DNA of 61,599 nt, the filler included, from Chiloscyllium plagiosum (taxonomy: Eukaryota), in assembly GCF_004010195.1 (NCBI RefSeq). It is 5 parts of one record of this genome, joined end to end, with 100 filler letters (N's around TTAATTAATTAA, not from the genome) between each part and the next. Parts side by side here need not be neighbours in the genome. Positions count along the whole stretch, not along the records: positions 23,844 to 32,125 come from NC_057710.1; positions 32,226 to 47,914 come from NC_057710.1; 3 more parts are not named here. One strand, written 5' to 3'. The first letter of the stretch is position 1. The number at the start of each line of letters is the position of its first letter. The notes below the pieces were generated by a model. It had not been told where the DNA came from. It made no database searches and saw only the letters and a list, made by a program, of their open reading frames with translations. Shown piece by piece: positions 25,440 to 37,443 of the stretch. The position numbers and the translations under genes are program-made.

Positions 25440-25965
25440 TTAGCCGTTTGGCACTGAAACCCTCATGTTCATGCCTTTGCATGAACGAACTGGACACTTC
25501 CAATTCACTCCAGGCTGACCTGTATAATCTAGGGTTTTCCAAAACTTATGCCAAGTCCCATTCCCACAGCGTCCCTATTCTCACTGACTTACATTTGCGT
25601 TCTGGTTAAGTTGTGCCTTGATTTAAAAACAAAACTCAACCTGTTCCTTTGATTTCTCACGACCTAGCCCCTGCTCTATAACCTCTTCCAGCCCAACAAT
25701 CCTCCAAGATATCTGTGTCCCAAATTTTCGACTTCTATTATGAATTGCTGATCCCTTCAGTTCTGGAAGTTTCTCCTGTAAAACCACAGGCTCCATTAAG
25801 GTGTTCCTTAAAATCTGCCTGTTTGACTCTATATTTGTTTTGGTCTTTTGCCCCAATACCTCTGTTATTGCTCAGTGTCCCATTTTGCAGGATTACAATA
25901 CCTTCCAGAAGTAAGTCTTGATGTTTACCTACCTTAAGGGTGCTGTGTAAATGAAGGTGGTAGTG
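25440..25965 (+). mobile_element. L2-like LINE 3' remnant (old)
   Basis: PILTDLH-type peptide and a tail ttaagggtgctgtgtaaatg resembling the L2 3' end. Confidence 0.55.
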
Positions 25966-26164
25966 ATTGAATTTGGTGTGTCTGTTGTTCTTTCAATTCC
26001 ACTGTTCTGACTGACAGAGTGAGCTAAATAATTGCCAAGCCGTTTTGAGTGATTAATGTACGCATTGTAATGTGTAAGGAGAGTCATTGCATCACTTTGA
26101 GTCATTAAAGCCTCTTCTGCAGAAAGTCTTGGCAATATATCAGAAGGGAAACAGGTTATCCCAG

Positions 26165-26670
26165 TGTTGTTAAACTCGAAATGGTGCAGAAAAGAATAAC
26201 AAGGATGTTGCCAGGTTTGGAGGGGTTGAGCTATAGGGAGACACTGAATAGGCTGGGGCTATTTTCCCTGGAGTATTGGAGGCTGAGGGATGACCTTTTT
26301 ATAGAGGTTTATAAAATCATGAGGGGCATGGATAGCGTGAATACTCAAGACCCTTTCCCTGGGGTGGGCGAGTCCAAAAACAGAGGGCATAGGTTTAGGG
26401 TGAGAGGGAAAAGATTTAAAAGGGACCAAAGGAACAACTTTTTTCCATGCAGAGGCTGGTGCGTGTATGAAATGAGCTGCCAGAGGAAGTAATGGAGGCT
26501 GGTACAGTTACAACATTTAAAACGCATCTGGATGGGTATATGAATAAGAACGGTTTAGAGTGATATGGGCCAAATGCTGGCAAATGGGACTAGATTAATT
26601 TAGGATATCTGGTTGGCATGGATCAGTTGGACTGAAGGGTCTGTTTTTACTTGCTGTACATCTCTGTGAC
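26165..26670 (+). mobile_element. CR1/HER1 3' fragment
   Basis: VQKRITRMLPGLEGLSY...LGLFSLE followed by the 3' UTR. Confidence 0.9.
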
Positions 26671-26824
26671 TTTAACTGCATTTTCATTTAACCATGTATG
26701 TGTTTTTATTCTTACAAACATGGTCTTTCTCTTCCCCTTCCCAGCCCACTCCCAGGGATTACACAAGGGAGTGGAATTTCTTTTTTGAAAAAAAATGCAA
26801 TGGCAATACTTAATGGTTCTGTCC

Positions 26825-27068
26825 TGATGGCTCAGTGGTTAGCCCTGCTCCCTCATAGTGCCAGGGTTCAATTCCACCCTTGGGTGACTGTCTGTATGGA
26901 GTTTGCATGTCTGTGCGGGTTTCCTCCCACAGTCCAAAGGCATGCAGGTTAAGTGGATTGGCCACCGGAAATGTGGGATTATGGGGCTAGTTTTGGGTGG
27001 GATACTCTTCAGAGGGTCAGTGTAGACTCGAAGGGCTGAATGGCACTGTTGGGATTCAATGATTCTAG
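26825..27068 (+). mobile_element. HE1 SINE (diverged)
   Basis: tggctcagtggttagc...ggttcaattcc head. Confidence 0.85.
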
Positions 27069-27204
27069 GCATCATCTGCAGAAGGAAAAATAGAGTTCTA
27101 ATGAAAGGACATCAAATGTTGAGTTGAGAATTCTTGTTTATTTTAGATTTGTTAGTTTGTGCAAGTTTGTTAATTCCCTTCTGCATTGCGGTTAGTTTTG
27201 ACAT

Positions 27205-27440
27205 GGCACTCATTTATGGACTCCATCCATAAACACATTGACCAGGACCAATATACCGACTGCTGCTATGAACAACCAGAAGCAGTAGGAACGAAACCAA
27301 ATAAATTCTGACCGACAGTATAGTAGCGCTTCATAGGAGGCTCCACAGCACTGCGGATGACACCTAGATAGGGCTCAACGTCTGCAAACCAATTTCCCAG
27401 CTCGGCGAATATACCCACAACAACTTCAATAGTGCGATTT
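27205..27440 (+). mobile_element. Penelope-like 3' end (family D, old)
   Basis: ctccatccataaacacattga...agcgcttca...cccagctcggcga; homologous to 55810-56145. Confidence 0.6.
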
Positions 27441-27520
27441 ATTTTTTTGGATTGAGACAGTGCAAGTTGATTTGTTGTTTGAGAAGAATACAATGTAAAG
27501 TTATCATAGTCCCATTAGTT

Positions 27521-27828
27521 GGGCGGCACGGTGGCACAGTGGTTAGCACTGCTGCCTCACAGCGCCAGAGACCTGGGTTCAATTCCTGCCGCAGGCGACT
27601 CTCTGTGTGGAGTTTGCACATTCTTCCCGTGTCTGCATGGGTTTCCTCTGGGTGCTCCGGTTTCCTCCCACAATCCAAAAATGTGCAGGTTAGGTGAATT
27701 GGCCATGCTAAATTGCCCGTAGTGTTAGGTGAAGGGGTAAATGTAAGGGAATGGGTCTGGGTGGGTTGCGCTTCGGCGGGTCGGTGTGGACTTGTTGGGC
27801 TAAAGAGCCTGTTTCCACACTAAGTAAT
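27521..27828 (+). mobile_element. HE1 V-SINE, young
   Basis: Full head, body and tail, very similar to 13503-13848. Confidence 0.95.
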
Positions 27829-28394
27829 CATGACTGGTGGTGACTTTAACCTAAAGGTCACCACACCTCAGGTGAGATTGAGCAAGAAACTGCACTGCGC
27901 TGTTGGCATCGCGCTATGTGGTAAACTAGCCATCGAGCTAACTGAGCGAACAGATTAGCTGCTGAACAGACCCTTGAAAGAGACTATGGTCCTGTGTGCT
28001 ATGTCAAAATTTAATTTGTTTATATGCAGAGCAAAATCAGTGAGATGAAGTTCGGTTTTGAAATCTGGTGAAGAGTGGGCTACAACACTGGGTTAATGTA
28101 TATCTAAGGAGATATGTTTTGTACAGAGTCATCTGAGGTCAATACTTGGAATATTAGAATACTTATGGATAATCTTAACACAAAAAAAGCTGCAGTCACA
28201 TTTAGTAAACTGTCAAGAAGCCAGTTTGACGTTGCATTACTCAGTGAGGCTTTGTAACTCTGGGAGGAGCAGCTGAAAGAGCAAGCTGGGAATTCACCTT
28301 CTCTTGGAGAGGAAAGGCTCACTGTAATCATCATGTTCACATAGGTGAGCTTGGATGTATTTTCAGAACTCCCCAGTTGTATACATTCAAGGCA

Positions 28395-29575
28395 ATACGG
28401 ACTTCAGTAAGGCGTTCGACAAAGTTTCCCATATGGAACCCAAAGTTTCCCACTGGTTAACAAGGTTAAATTACACGGAATAAAGGGAGAACTAGCCATT
28501 TGGATACAGAACTGGCTCAAAGGTAGAAGTCAGAGGGTGGTGGTGGAGGGTTGTTTTTCAGACTGGAGGCCTGTGACCAGTGGAGTGCCACAAGAATTTG
28601 TGCTAGACCACCACTTTTCATCATTTATATAAATGATTTGGATATAAGCATAAGAGGTACAGTTAGTAAGTTTGCAGATGACACCAAAATTGGAGGTGTA
28701 GTGGACAGTGAAGAAGGTTACCTTAGATTATAACGGGATCTTGATCAGATGGGCCAGTGGGCTGAGAAGTGGCAGATGGAGTTTCATTTAGATGAGGTGC
28801 TGCATTTTGGGAAAGCAAATCTTAGCGGGACTTATATACTTAATGGTAAGGTCCTGGGGACTATTGCTGAACAAAAAGACCTTGGAGTGTAGGTTCTTTG
28901 AAAGTGGAGTCGCAGGTAGATAGGATAGTGAAGAAGGCGTTTGGTATGCTTTCCTTTATTGGTCAGAGTATTGAGTACAGGAGTTGGAAGGTCATGTTAC
29001 GGCTGTACAGGACATTGGTTAGGCCACTGTTGGAATATTGCGTGCAATTCTGGTCTCCTTCCTATCGGATAGATGTTGTGAAACTTGAAAGGGTTCAGAA
29101 AAGATTTACAAGGATGTTGCCAGGGTTGGAGGATTTGAGCTATAGAGAGAGGCTGAACAGGCTGGGGCTGTTTTCCTTGGAGCATCGGAGGCTGAGGGGT
29201 GACCTCATAGAGGTTTATAAAATGATGAGGGGCATGGATAGGATAAATAGGCAGTCTTTTCTCTGTGGTGGGGCAGTCCAGAACTAGGGGGCATAGGTTT
29301 GGGGTGAGAGGGGAAAGATATAAAAGAGACTAAGCGGCAACCTTTTCACACAGAGGGTGGTATGGGTATGGAATGAGCTGCCAGAGCAAGTGGTGGAGGC
29401 TGGTACAATTGCAACATTTAAAAGGCATCTGAATGGGCATATGAATAGGAAGGGTTTGGAGGAATATGGGCTGGGTGCTGGCAGGTGGGACTAGATTAGG
29501 TTGGGAAAACTGGTCGGCATGGACAAGTTGGACCAAAGGGTTTGTTTCCATGCTGTACATCTCTATGACTCTATG
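28395..29575 (+). mobile_element. CR1/HER1 LINE 3' 1.2 kb
   Basis: DFSKAFDK, KFADDTK, LVRPLLEYC and a tatgactctatg tail. Confidence 0.95.
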
Positions 29576-30140
29576 TTCACTAACGATGCCCTGCTCTACC
29601 TCTCCATCAGTTCTCCTGACCCCTCCTATTGCCACTAAAATGATCAGACCGCTGTCTCCATAATGAGGGCTAGATGTGCAGAAATCCTCCTCAATAAATA
29701 TTGGGAACTTTGAAAATATTTATTCCAGATCCTGTTTACTACCAATTTCAGCCTTTTTTCCTGAAACTATACTTTTTAAGACCAGATTGGGTTGTTTGCA
29801 CTGTGATGCCATTTTTTGACCATGAGCTGATCTTCCAACCATGCATTTGTTCCACAGTTAAGATTGCCTATTTTCACCTCTCTGACACGCCTTTATCAGT
29901 GAGAAATCAAAGCAGCTGTAGGCCATTTGGCCCCTCAGTTCCACGGCAGCATTCCATATTATAATCACTGATCTGTTTGGGTTTTGAATGCCACATTTCC
30001 CATTTACCCTTGATTAACTTACCCATTTGATTTCCTTGACTGACACGAATCTTGCAGGCTGACTAATAGTCAGTTTTAAAAATATTCAACGATCTTCACA
30101 TCCATTGTCTTGAGGTAGAGAGTTTCAAAGTCATACAGCG

Positions 30141-30160
30141 CTCTCTCTCTCTCTCTCTCT
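30141..30160. repeat. (CT)10 microsatellite
   Basis: Seen directly in the sequence. Confidence 0.95.
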
Positions 30161-30244
30161 GCCTTTTAAAACCGAGATTCCTAATTTTAGAAACAACTAC
30201 CAAATCATTCTGAACTCTCCCTGAGAGGGGAATGTCCTTTTCCA

Positions 30245-30368
30245 TAGGCGAAAATGAGGACTGCAGATGCTGGAGATTAGAGTTGAGAGTGTGGTGCTGG
30301 AAAAGTACAGCAGGTCAGGCCGCATCCGAGAAGCAGGAGAATCGACTTTTCAGGCAAAAGCCCTTCAT
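30245..30368 (-). mobile_element. Penelope-like pLTR fragment (family A)
   Basis: aggcgaaaatgaggactgcagatgctgg...gcccttcat. Confidence 0.8.
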
Positions 30369-30464
30369 GTCAACCTTCACAAGACCATCCAAAATCTCTT
30401 AACTTCCACTGGCCGGTTACCCCTCCAGTAGAAGATAAACACTGTCTATCCAACCTATGCTTTT

Positions 30465-30816
30465 AGTCATCGAATCCCTGCACTGTGGAAGCAGGCCATT
30501 CGGCCCATCAAGTCCACACTGACTCTCCGAGAAACATCCCACCCAGGCCCACCCTTACTCTATCCCTGTAACCCTCCATTTCCCATGGCTAATCCATCTA
30601 GCATGCACATCCCTGGACACAATGGGCAATTTAGCATGGCCAATCCACCTAACCTGCACATCTTTGGACTGTGGGAGGAAACCGGAGCACCCGGAGAAAA
30701 GCCACGCAGACTGTGGATGAATGTGCAAACTCCACACAGACAGTCACTTGAGGGTGGAATCGAACCTGGATCCCTGGTAATGTGAGGCAGCAGTGTTGAC
30801 CACTGAGCCACCGTGC
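30465..30816 (-). mobile_element. HE1 V-SINE
   Basis: Reverse complement of the HE1 sequence seen elsewhere in the window. Confidence 0.9.
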
Positions 30817-31679
30817 TGGTCATTCAACCTAGCAAAACCTGCCTCCAAAGCGTTACATCCTTCCAATAAGTAAGGGGACCAAAACCACACACGTATTCAA
30901 AACATGAAGCATGACATCGTTACTTGCATAATATAACATAAAAGTAATAAAGGATAGCATTGCCATTAGCTGCTTTCAGTACATACTCCATCTGAATACT
31001 AATACATTGTGACTCATCCATTGGAACACCTTGAACCCTCTGCATCCCGATTCTCTACTCATTGTCTGTTTGGTTAATACTCTTTAATTTTTTCTGGCCA
31101 GCTAAACAATTTTACATTTTCCCAAATTACATTCCATGTGCCAGATGTTTGCCCTTTCACTCAGAACCTCTGCGTGAGTTTGCATCCCAATGTGGAGCTT
31201 TTTCATTACAGAACATTCCATCTGTTTTTGAGATCTGGATATTCAGCGACTGTGCCTTCACACCCTGTGGCTAGGCCATTGATGTGAATTGTCAAAAGTT
31301 GAGACTCCACCCATCAGACAGGGACCCATTTATTCCAACTCTGTTTTCTACCAGCCAACCAATTTCTATCAGTGGTCAAATTAATGCAAAATACTGTGGA
31401 TGCTGAAGGTCTGACATTTAAGACAAAGTGCTGGTGAAGCTCAGCATGTCTGACTGCATTTGTAAAGAGAGAGAAAGAGATAATATTTTATCTTTGGAAT
31501 AGGGAGTTACTATTAAATCCATAAATATATTAAATTACTATTACTTGAAGTTGGTTTGCTCAGGTGGCTGGACAGCTGGTTTGCAATGCAGAATGATGCC
31601 AAATTCTCACACTGTCTGGGGTTAACATTGAACAACTCTCCTTCTCAAGTTCTCCCTTTGCCTGAGGTATAGTGACCTT

Positions 31680-31681
<2 letters not shown>

Positions 31682-31712
<31 letters not shown>
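31682..31712. repeat. (TC)n microsatellite ending a small tRNA-like SINE (about 31550-31680)
   Basis: Seen directly; the SINE body is homologous to 27830-27960 on the minus strand. Confidence 0.8.
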
Positions 31713-31717
<5 letters not shown>

Positions 31718-31925
31718 AGTAAGAGTATCAACTCCAATTTGGAGGTCCTAAGAAAACACTCATTGGTTAGAACGTGGATCTTAGATGCTTTCAAAACGAA
31801 ACTGGATGTATACACAAGATTTACATGGATTTATTTTAAAAATCCTGAGGCAAGTTGAATAGACTGATAGGAAATGCACTGGTAGCTGTGCCAAACAGTC
31901 TGCTCCTTGCTCTGTATAATCTGTG

Positions 31926-32335
31926 AGGAGAAAGTGAGGACTGCAGATGCTGGAGATCAGAGCTGAAAATGTGTTGCTGGAAAAGCACAGCAGGTCAGGC
32001 AGCATCCAAGGAACAGGAGAATCGACGTTTCGGGCATAAGCCCTTCTTCAGGAATGAGGAAGGTGTGCCCAGCAGGCTAAGATAAAAGGTAGGGAGGAGG
32101 GACTTGGGGGAGGGGCGTTGGGAATNNNNNNNNNNNNNNNNNNNNNNNNNNNNNNNNNNNNNNNNNNNNTTAATTAATTAANNNNNNNNNNNNNNNNNNN
32201 NNNNNNNNNNNNNNNNNNNNNNNNNGCTGGACACACTTTCCTCATTCCTGAAGAAGGGCTTATGCCCAAAACGTCGATTCTCCTGTTCCTTGGATGCTGC
32301 CTGACCTGCTGTGCTTTTCCAGCAACACATTTTCA
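31926..32335. mobile_element. Penelope-like inverted element (family A, young) with 17-bp TSD and an internal gap (32126-32225)
   Basis: TSD gctctgtataatctgtg at 31909-31925 and 32336-32352. Confidence 0.9.
32020..32055 (-). ncRNA. Minimal type I hammerhead ribozyme motif
   Basis: attc CTGAAGA a gggc-ttat-gccc GAAA cg TC gatt. Confidence 0.7.
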
Positions 32336-33407
32336 GCTCTGTATAATCTGTGCCTATCTGGTAGGGGTTTAGCCATTTCTCTGTGTTCTGATCAGTCGGC
32401 TTCTAGTTGTACAGAATCTAAATTGTTACAGAACCAGCCCATCAAGCCTGCCAATCTCCCGCCTTTGGCCTACGTCCTTGCACATCATTACAATCCAAAC
32501 AAAATCTGAATTCTCAATTGAACTTGCCTCCAGGGCAGTGAGCTCTGCCATCCACACTACATCCCATGTGAGAGAGAATTTGTTTTTCTCACCTCACCCT
32601 TGCTTCGTCTGCCCCTCAGTTTAATCTTTGCCCTCTCTTTTACATTTGCAAACAGCTCCACCCTATCTGCTCTGTCCAGCTCACTCATGATTTTGAAGTC
32701 AAGCCAATTTGGCATCACTCCCTCTACTGTTGTCTGCTGGATGGTTAATTCTTTCAAAACAGTTGCTGATTATGTCCATCCACTGATTTCATATATTTCA
32801 CCTGAGCTCAGTGGAGAGCTAGTACTGCCTTGTAGGGCCGAATGGCATCCCTGTGGTTCTGTAATGACTCTGACTGTGAAACGGTTTGGGCTGGAAAATT
32901 TGAATGAAGTTTTGTGTGAATTTGTTGACTTGGCTCAGGAAAGCCAAGGCTGGACTATTTGATTCATTTTCTTCGGAAGTCCTATCTTAACAGCAACGTG
33001 CTTGGGACCTGCAGCCCAGCGCCTGCTGCCATTCAAGAAGGCAGATCCCCACCACCTTCTGGAGGGCAATTCGGGACAGGCAGTGGATACTGGCTCAGCA
33101 GCGGCACCCACATCCCGTGAAAGAATTTTAGATAAAAGAAATAAAATAAAGAGTAGGTTCCTAAAGAGAGGAGAGCAGGAGTAGGGGGACCTGGGAGAAC
33201 ATATTACACAAGTCATTGAAGGTGTCAGTGCACATTGAGAGTGGGTTGTGAATCAGTAAGTGGCATCGCGGACTTCATAAATTGGATGTAGAGAATTGTT
33301 TAGTTTTAAAAAAAAAAGTGGGGGTGATATGAAACCTGTTTATTGCATTGATTCCACCTCAGTTGGAGCATTGCCCTGTACACCGCATAAGGATGTTGAA
33401 GGCCTGA

Positions 33408-33900
33408 GAGTCATAGAGATGTACCTTTCAGTCCAACTCGTCCATGCTGACAAGATATCTGAATCTAATCTAGTCCCCTTTGCCAACACTTGGCCCATAT
33501 CCCTCTCAACCTATTCTTTTACCTATCCAGATGCCTTTTAGATTAGATTACCTACAGTGTGGAAACAGGCCCTTCAGCCCAACAAGTCCACACCGACACT
33601 CCAAAGAGCAACCCCCCCCCCCACATTCACCCCTGACTAATGCAACTAACTCTATGGGCAATTTAGCTTGGCCAATTCATTTTAAATATTGTAATTCCAC
33701 CAGCCTCCACCACTTCCTCTGGCAGCTCATTCTATACACACGCTATCGTCTGCGTGAAAAGGTTGCTCCTTGGGTTCCTTTTAAAATTTTTCCCCCCTCA
33801 CCTTAAGCCTATACCCTCTAAGTTCTGGCCTCCCCAGAATTTTATAAACCTCGAAGATCACCCCTAGCCTCCGACACTCCAGAGAAAACAGCCTCTGCCT
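33408..33900 (-). mobile_element. CR1 3' fragment with a nested HE1 3' piece (33540-33680)
   Basis: agagtcatagagatgtac tail; tagattagattacctacagtgtggaaac HE1 tail. Confidence 0.85.
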
Positions 33901-34289
33901 ACCCCTAGAGACATGCACAAAGAATTTCACCAGATTGTCTCCAGGGGTGAGGAACCTTCAGTGGTGCAGATTATGGAAGCTGTTCACCTTCTAGAAGGCA
34001 GGATTGAGTGTGGCTCTGTTTGAGTATTCAAAACCATGAGGAGTCTGGGCAGTAGATAGGGAGAAACTGTTCCATATGAAATGATCAATGTTAACAATTT
34101 AAGCTGATTCACTCTTTTGCTAATTAGGATTCTGTTTTATGTCGCATGTGGTTAGAATCTGGAATGCAGTGCCTGAGTGCACGGTCGAGGCAGTTTCTAT
34201 CATGTGTTTCTAAAGTTTTCTATAATGTGGGGTTGCACAAGAACCCAACCATTGGGTTAAAGAAGAGCTATCTGTATGGTGTCCCCCAC

Positions 34290-34750
34290 ACTCCAGCATC
34301 ATCGTAAAATACAAAAATAAACTAAAACATAGAATATAAAGGCAGAAAAATGAAAATACAGTCCCTCTTGTTAAGTGCTCCACCCATGGGCCATGGGGTC
34401 AGACACGAGTCCACTTCACCCCGTCGCCATGGGAATGAGAGCCACCTATTCTTCAGTGCCAACCCACCTCCACCGACTCCCTCACCGTTGAGTCCTCACT
34501 GGATCTCGCCAATGCAGATCCTACTGGTTGTTACCGGGCACTGCACCAGCCCAAACCCGTCACCGCCTTGAGCCACCACATTGATACAGCTGCTGCTGGG
34601 TCCTGTACTGGGTCCAAACTCTCTTCCGCCCCCACTGCTGCCATGAATCTGTACTGGGTGTAGACACCACCAGAAACCCAAAGTGGACTTGGCCACTTCA
34701 GCAGCCACAAGTTGGCACTAGGACCCCTCGGCGCTGCGGAAGCTGCTGGC
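34290..34750 (-). mobile_element. Second copy of the unclassified 7185-7542 family
   Basis: Reverse complement gagtttggacccagtacaggacc and gcattggcgagatccagtgaggactca match 7315-7420. Confidence 0.6.
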
Positions 34751-35054
34751 AATCCACACTATCTTTGCCTGTGTTCAGGGAGTATTTGTTTTTTAATGCT
34801 GAAACGAATCAATTGCCATTTCTGTGCAGGTCATGTTTCTGCTGTGTGCTTCACATGCTGATATCTGATGGTATAATCAAAGTGATGTTGCGGCAATCTG
34901 GTATTCAGAATGATAAAGGAAAAATCAAATTGAAGAAATGGACAAAAATTAAACACCATTTCAGAGCAGTTTCTTTCATGTATAGTATACAATATAGATG
35001 GAGTGTTCAGCTATGACATGACTGGCAGGGAACAGGATTAAAGGTTGAAGAATG

Positions 35055-35382
35055 AAGGGTGGCTCAGTGGTTAGCACTACTGCCTCACAGCACCAGGGAC
35101 CCTGGTTCGATTCCAGCCTCAGGTGACTGTCTGTGTGTAGTTTGCACATTCTCCCAGTGTCTGCGTGGATTCCCTCTGGGTGCTCGGGTTTTCTCTCACA
35201 GTCCAAAGATGTGCAGGTCAGGTGGCTAGGCCATGCTGCATTATCCGTTCAGGGATGTATGGGTTAAGTGTGGGAAATGCAGGTTTCCAGGAATGGGATA
35301 AGGGGTTGGGATCCTCTTTGGGGGAGCTGTGTGGACTTGTTGGGCTGCCTGGCCTGTTTCCACACTGTACGGATTCTATGTA
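35055..35382 (+). mobile_element. HE1 V-SINE
   Basis: A and B boxes plus the central domain. Confidence 0.9.
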
Positions 35383-35753
35383 ATGAAGCTCATGGTTTTA
35401 CTGGGCTTCCCCGTGCAACGCCATCACATGATTTCCCCCAAAACCAGGGACAAAAAAAGGAGGTCTCAAACCTACATTGTCCTCTCCCAAACCTAGTCCC
35501 TGTCACTCCTCACTCTTTTGCTATCTGACCTACCTCGGTTACCAATCTGGTAATACCTCACTTGTAAAATTTGCACAGTGATAGTGTCTCTACGACTATC
35601 CCAGACATTCTATGTTCAAGTCCCGCCTGCCCTCGTTGTGTGTCATGCCATCAGTCATTCTACATTTTAGTCCTGTGCCCATGGTAGTGACCCTACCTGT
35701 GATTCTGAGCCAAGAGGTCTCAGTTCAAGTCCTACCTCCTCCATCCCTGAACA

Positions 35754-36048
35754 TGATTTGGAGATGTCGGTGTTGGACTGGGGTGTACAAAGTTAAAAAT
35801 CACACAACACCAGGTTATAGTCCAAAAAGTTTAATTGGAAGCACACTAGCTTTCGGAGCGACGCTCCTTCATCAGATGATAGTGGAGGGCTCAATCCTAA
35901 CACACAGAATTTATAGCAAAAATTTACAATGTGAAGTAACTGAAATTACCTGATGATGATGATGAAGGAGCGTCGCTCCGAAAGCTAGTGTGCTTCCAAT
36001 CAAACCTGTTGGGCTATAACCTGGTGTTGTGTGATTTCTAACTTTGTA
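35754..36048. mobile_element. Penelope-like inverted pLTR pair (family B) with 11-bp TSD
   Basis: TSD atccctgaaca at 35743-35753 and 36049-36059. Confidence 0.9.
35844..35878 (-). ncRNA. Minimal hammerhead ribozyme motif (family B)
   Basis: cat CTGATGA a ggagc-gtc-gctcc GAAA gc TA gtg. Confidence 0.7.
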
Positions 36049-36640
36049 ATCCCTGAACAGGTTGATTTAAGGCTTCCCATAGGATGTTAGTGTTTCTCCA
36101 GTTCTGGCCGTCTCAGTAAAACCAGTTTCTGTCACTTTATAAAAAGCTGAAAAAGCTCAGGTAGCATTTGTGGAGAGTTCACGTTACATTACCTTTCATC
36201 TGAACTTCTCGATTGAAGCCTGTGCCTTCAGCTTTTAATGGCTGAAAGCTCTGCAATTCTCTGCCACAATCTCTCCACTTTGCAACCACTGTTTTCTTGT
36301 AGACCCTTAAAACCTGCATTGTTTAAAATAGTTTTGGTTATCTCTCTTATGTGGTATTTTATTCATCAAGCCTCCAATGTAATGTCTTGGAATATTTTAT
36401 TTCAAAATACAGTTACCACCCACTGGGCAAATCCACTAATTTTCAAGTCCCACTACTCCCAGGGTTTCAACTAAAGTTGATCATTTTAATGCAAAGTGAA
36501 CTAAAACACTGACCAAGTTCCTATGCCTAATAAAACTATTATTTGGACAAATAAATGAATTCTAATTTCAAATAAACTATCAACGTTAAGTCTGTTCTAT
36601 CTTAAATCACCTTTTTTTAAAAATCCCCTGCTCATACATA

Positions 36641-36775
36641 GAGGAGAAAGTGAGGTCTGCAGATGCTGGAGATCAAAGTTGAAACTTTATTGCTGGAACA
36701 GCACAGCAGGTCAGGCAGCATCCAGGGAACAGGAGATTCGACGTTTCGGGCACAGGCCCTTCTTCAGGAATGAGA
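36641..36775 (-). mobile_element. Penelope-like pLTR (family A)
   Basis: gaggagaaagtgaggtctgcagatgctgg...cttcaggaatgag. Confidence 0.85.
36736..36771 (-). ncRNA. Minimal hammerhead ribozyme, best-preserved copy
   Basis: ATTC CTGAAGA A GGGC-CTGT-GCCC GAAA CG TC GAAT: perfect helix I (ATTC/GAAT), helix II and palindromic ACGT helix III. Confidence 0.78.
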
Positions 36776-37443
36776 CAAGCAATAGAGATAATAACATGAA
36801 ACATCGGTTTTATGGATGGAAGGGAAAAAAAAACTAGGAACTGCCTTTCAATAGCACCAGGACTTTGTTGTTAATCTTCTTTCTCCAGTTTCTTTTACTT
36901 TTTTTCACAGGACGCACAAAGCGCTCAGTATTCTCATGACAAAGTCTCTTAGTTACTGGTCAAAAGCAAAAGCTAATAGCAACTGCAGGCGGAAAAAAAA
37001 GCTAGCTTTCTTGAGGCTTGAGTTATGTTACAGTACAGAGCAAGTCTCATGCTCCACCTACCCTTCCAGCAGTCCAAAGGCTTCTCATGGTATTGTTTGC
37101 AACAGAAGTTATCCAAGAGCCATTCAGAGTTGTGGTAAGGCTTGATGATCTTTGGCTTTACCCACTGTTTGCAATGCTGCAGATGAATCAGCTACCTTTT
37201 GCCCACCAAACCACGCGTTACACACATGCCATAATGAAATTCTGGCTACAACCATCACCTTCCCCCACCTTGCACTGCATGGATAAAACTTCAGTATGAA
37301 CACCACACACCAGTTTCACTAACTTTTTAAAAGCTTTTAAGAGCCTTTCTTGTTTGTTTTAGTTTGAAGTCAAAAAATCACCTAACCGTTTGAGTCCACT
37401 ATGACTCTTCTTCAGAATTGAAGGAAATTAGGAATGTGATGCC

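Noticed and set aside
25017..25609. Hydrophobic, membrane-protein-like ORFs (also 22218-22484)
   Set aside because: Translations of CT-rich low-complexity tracts or antisense TE sequence
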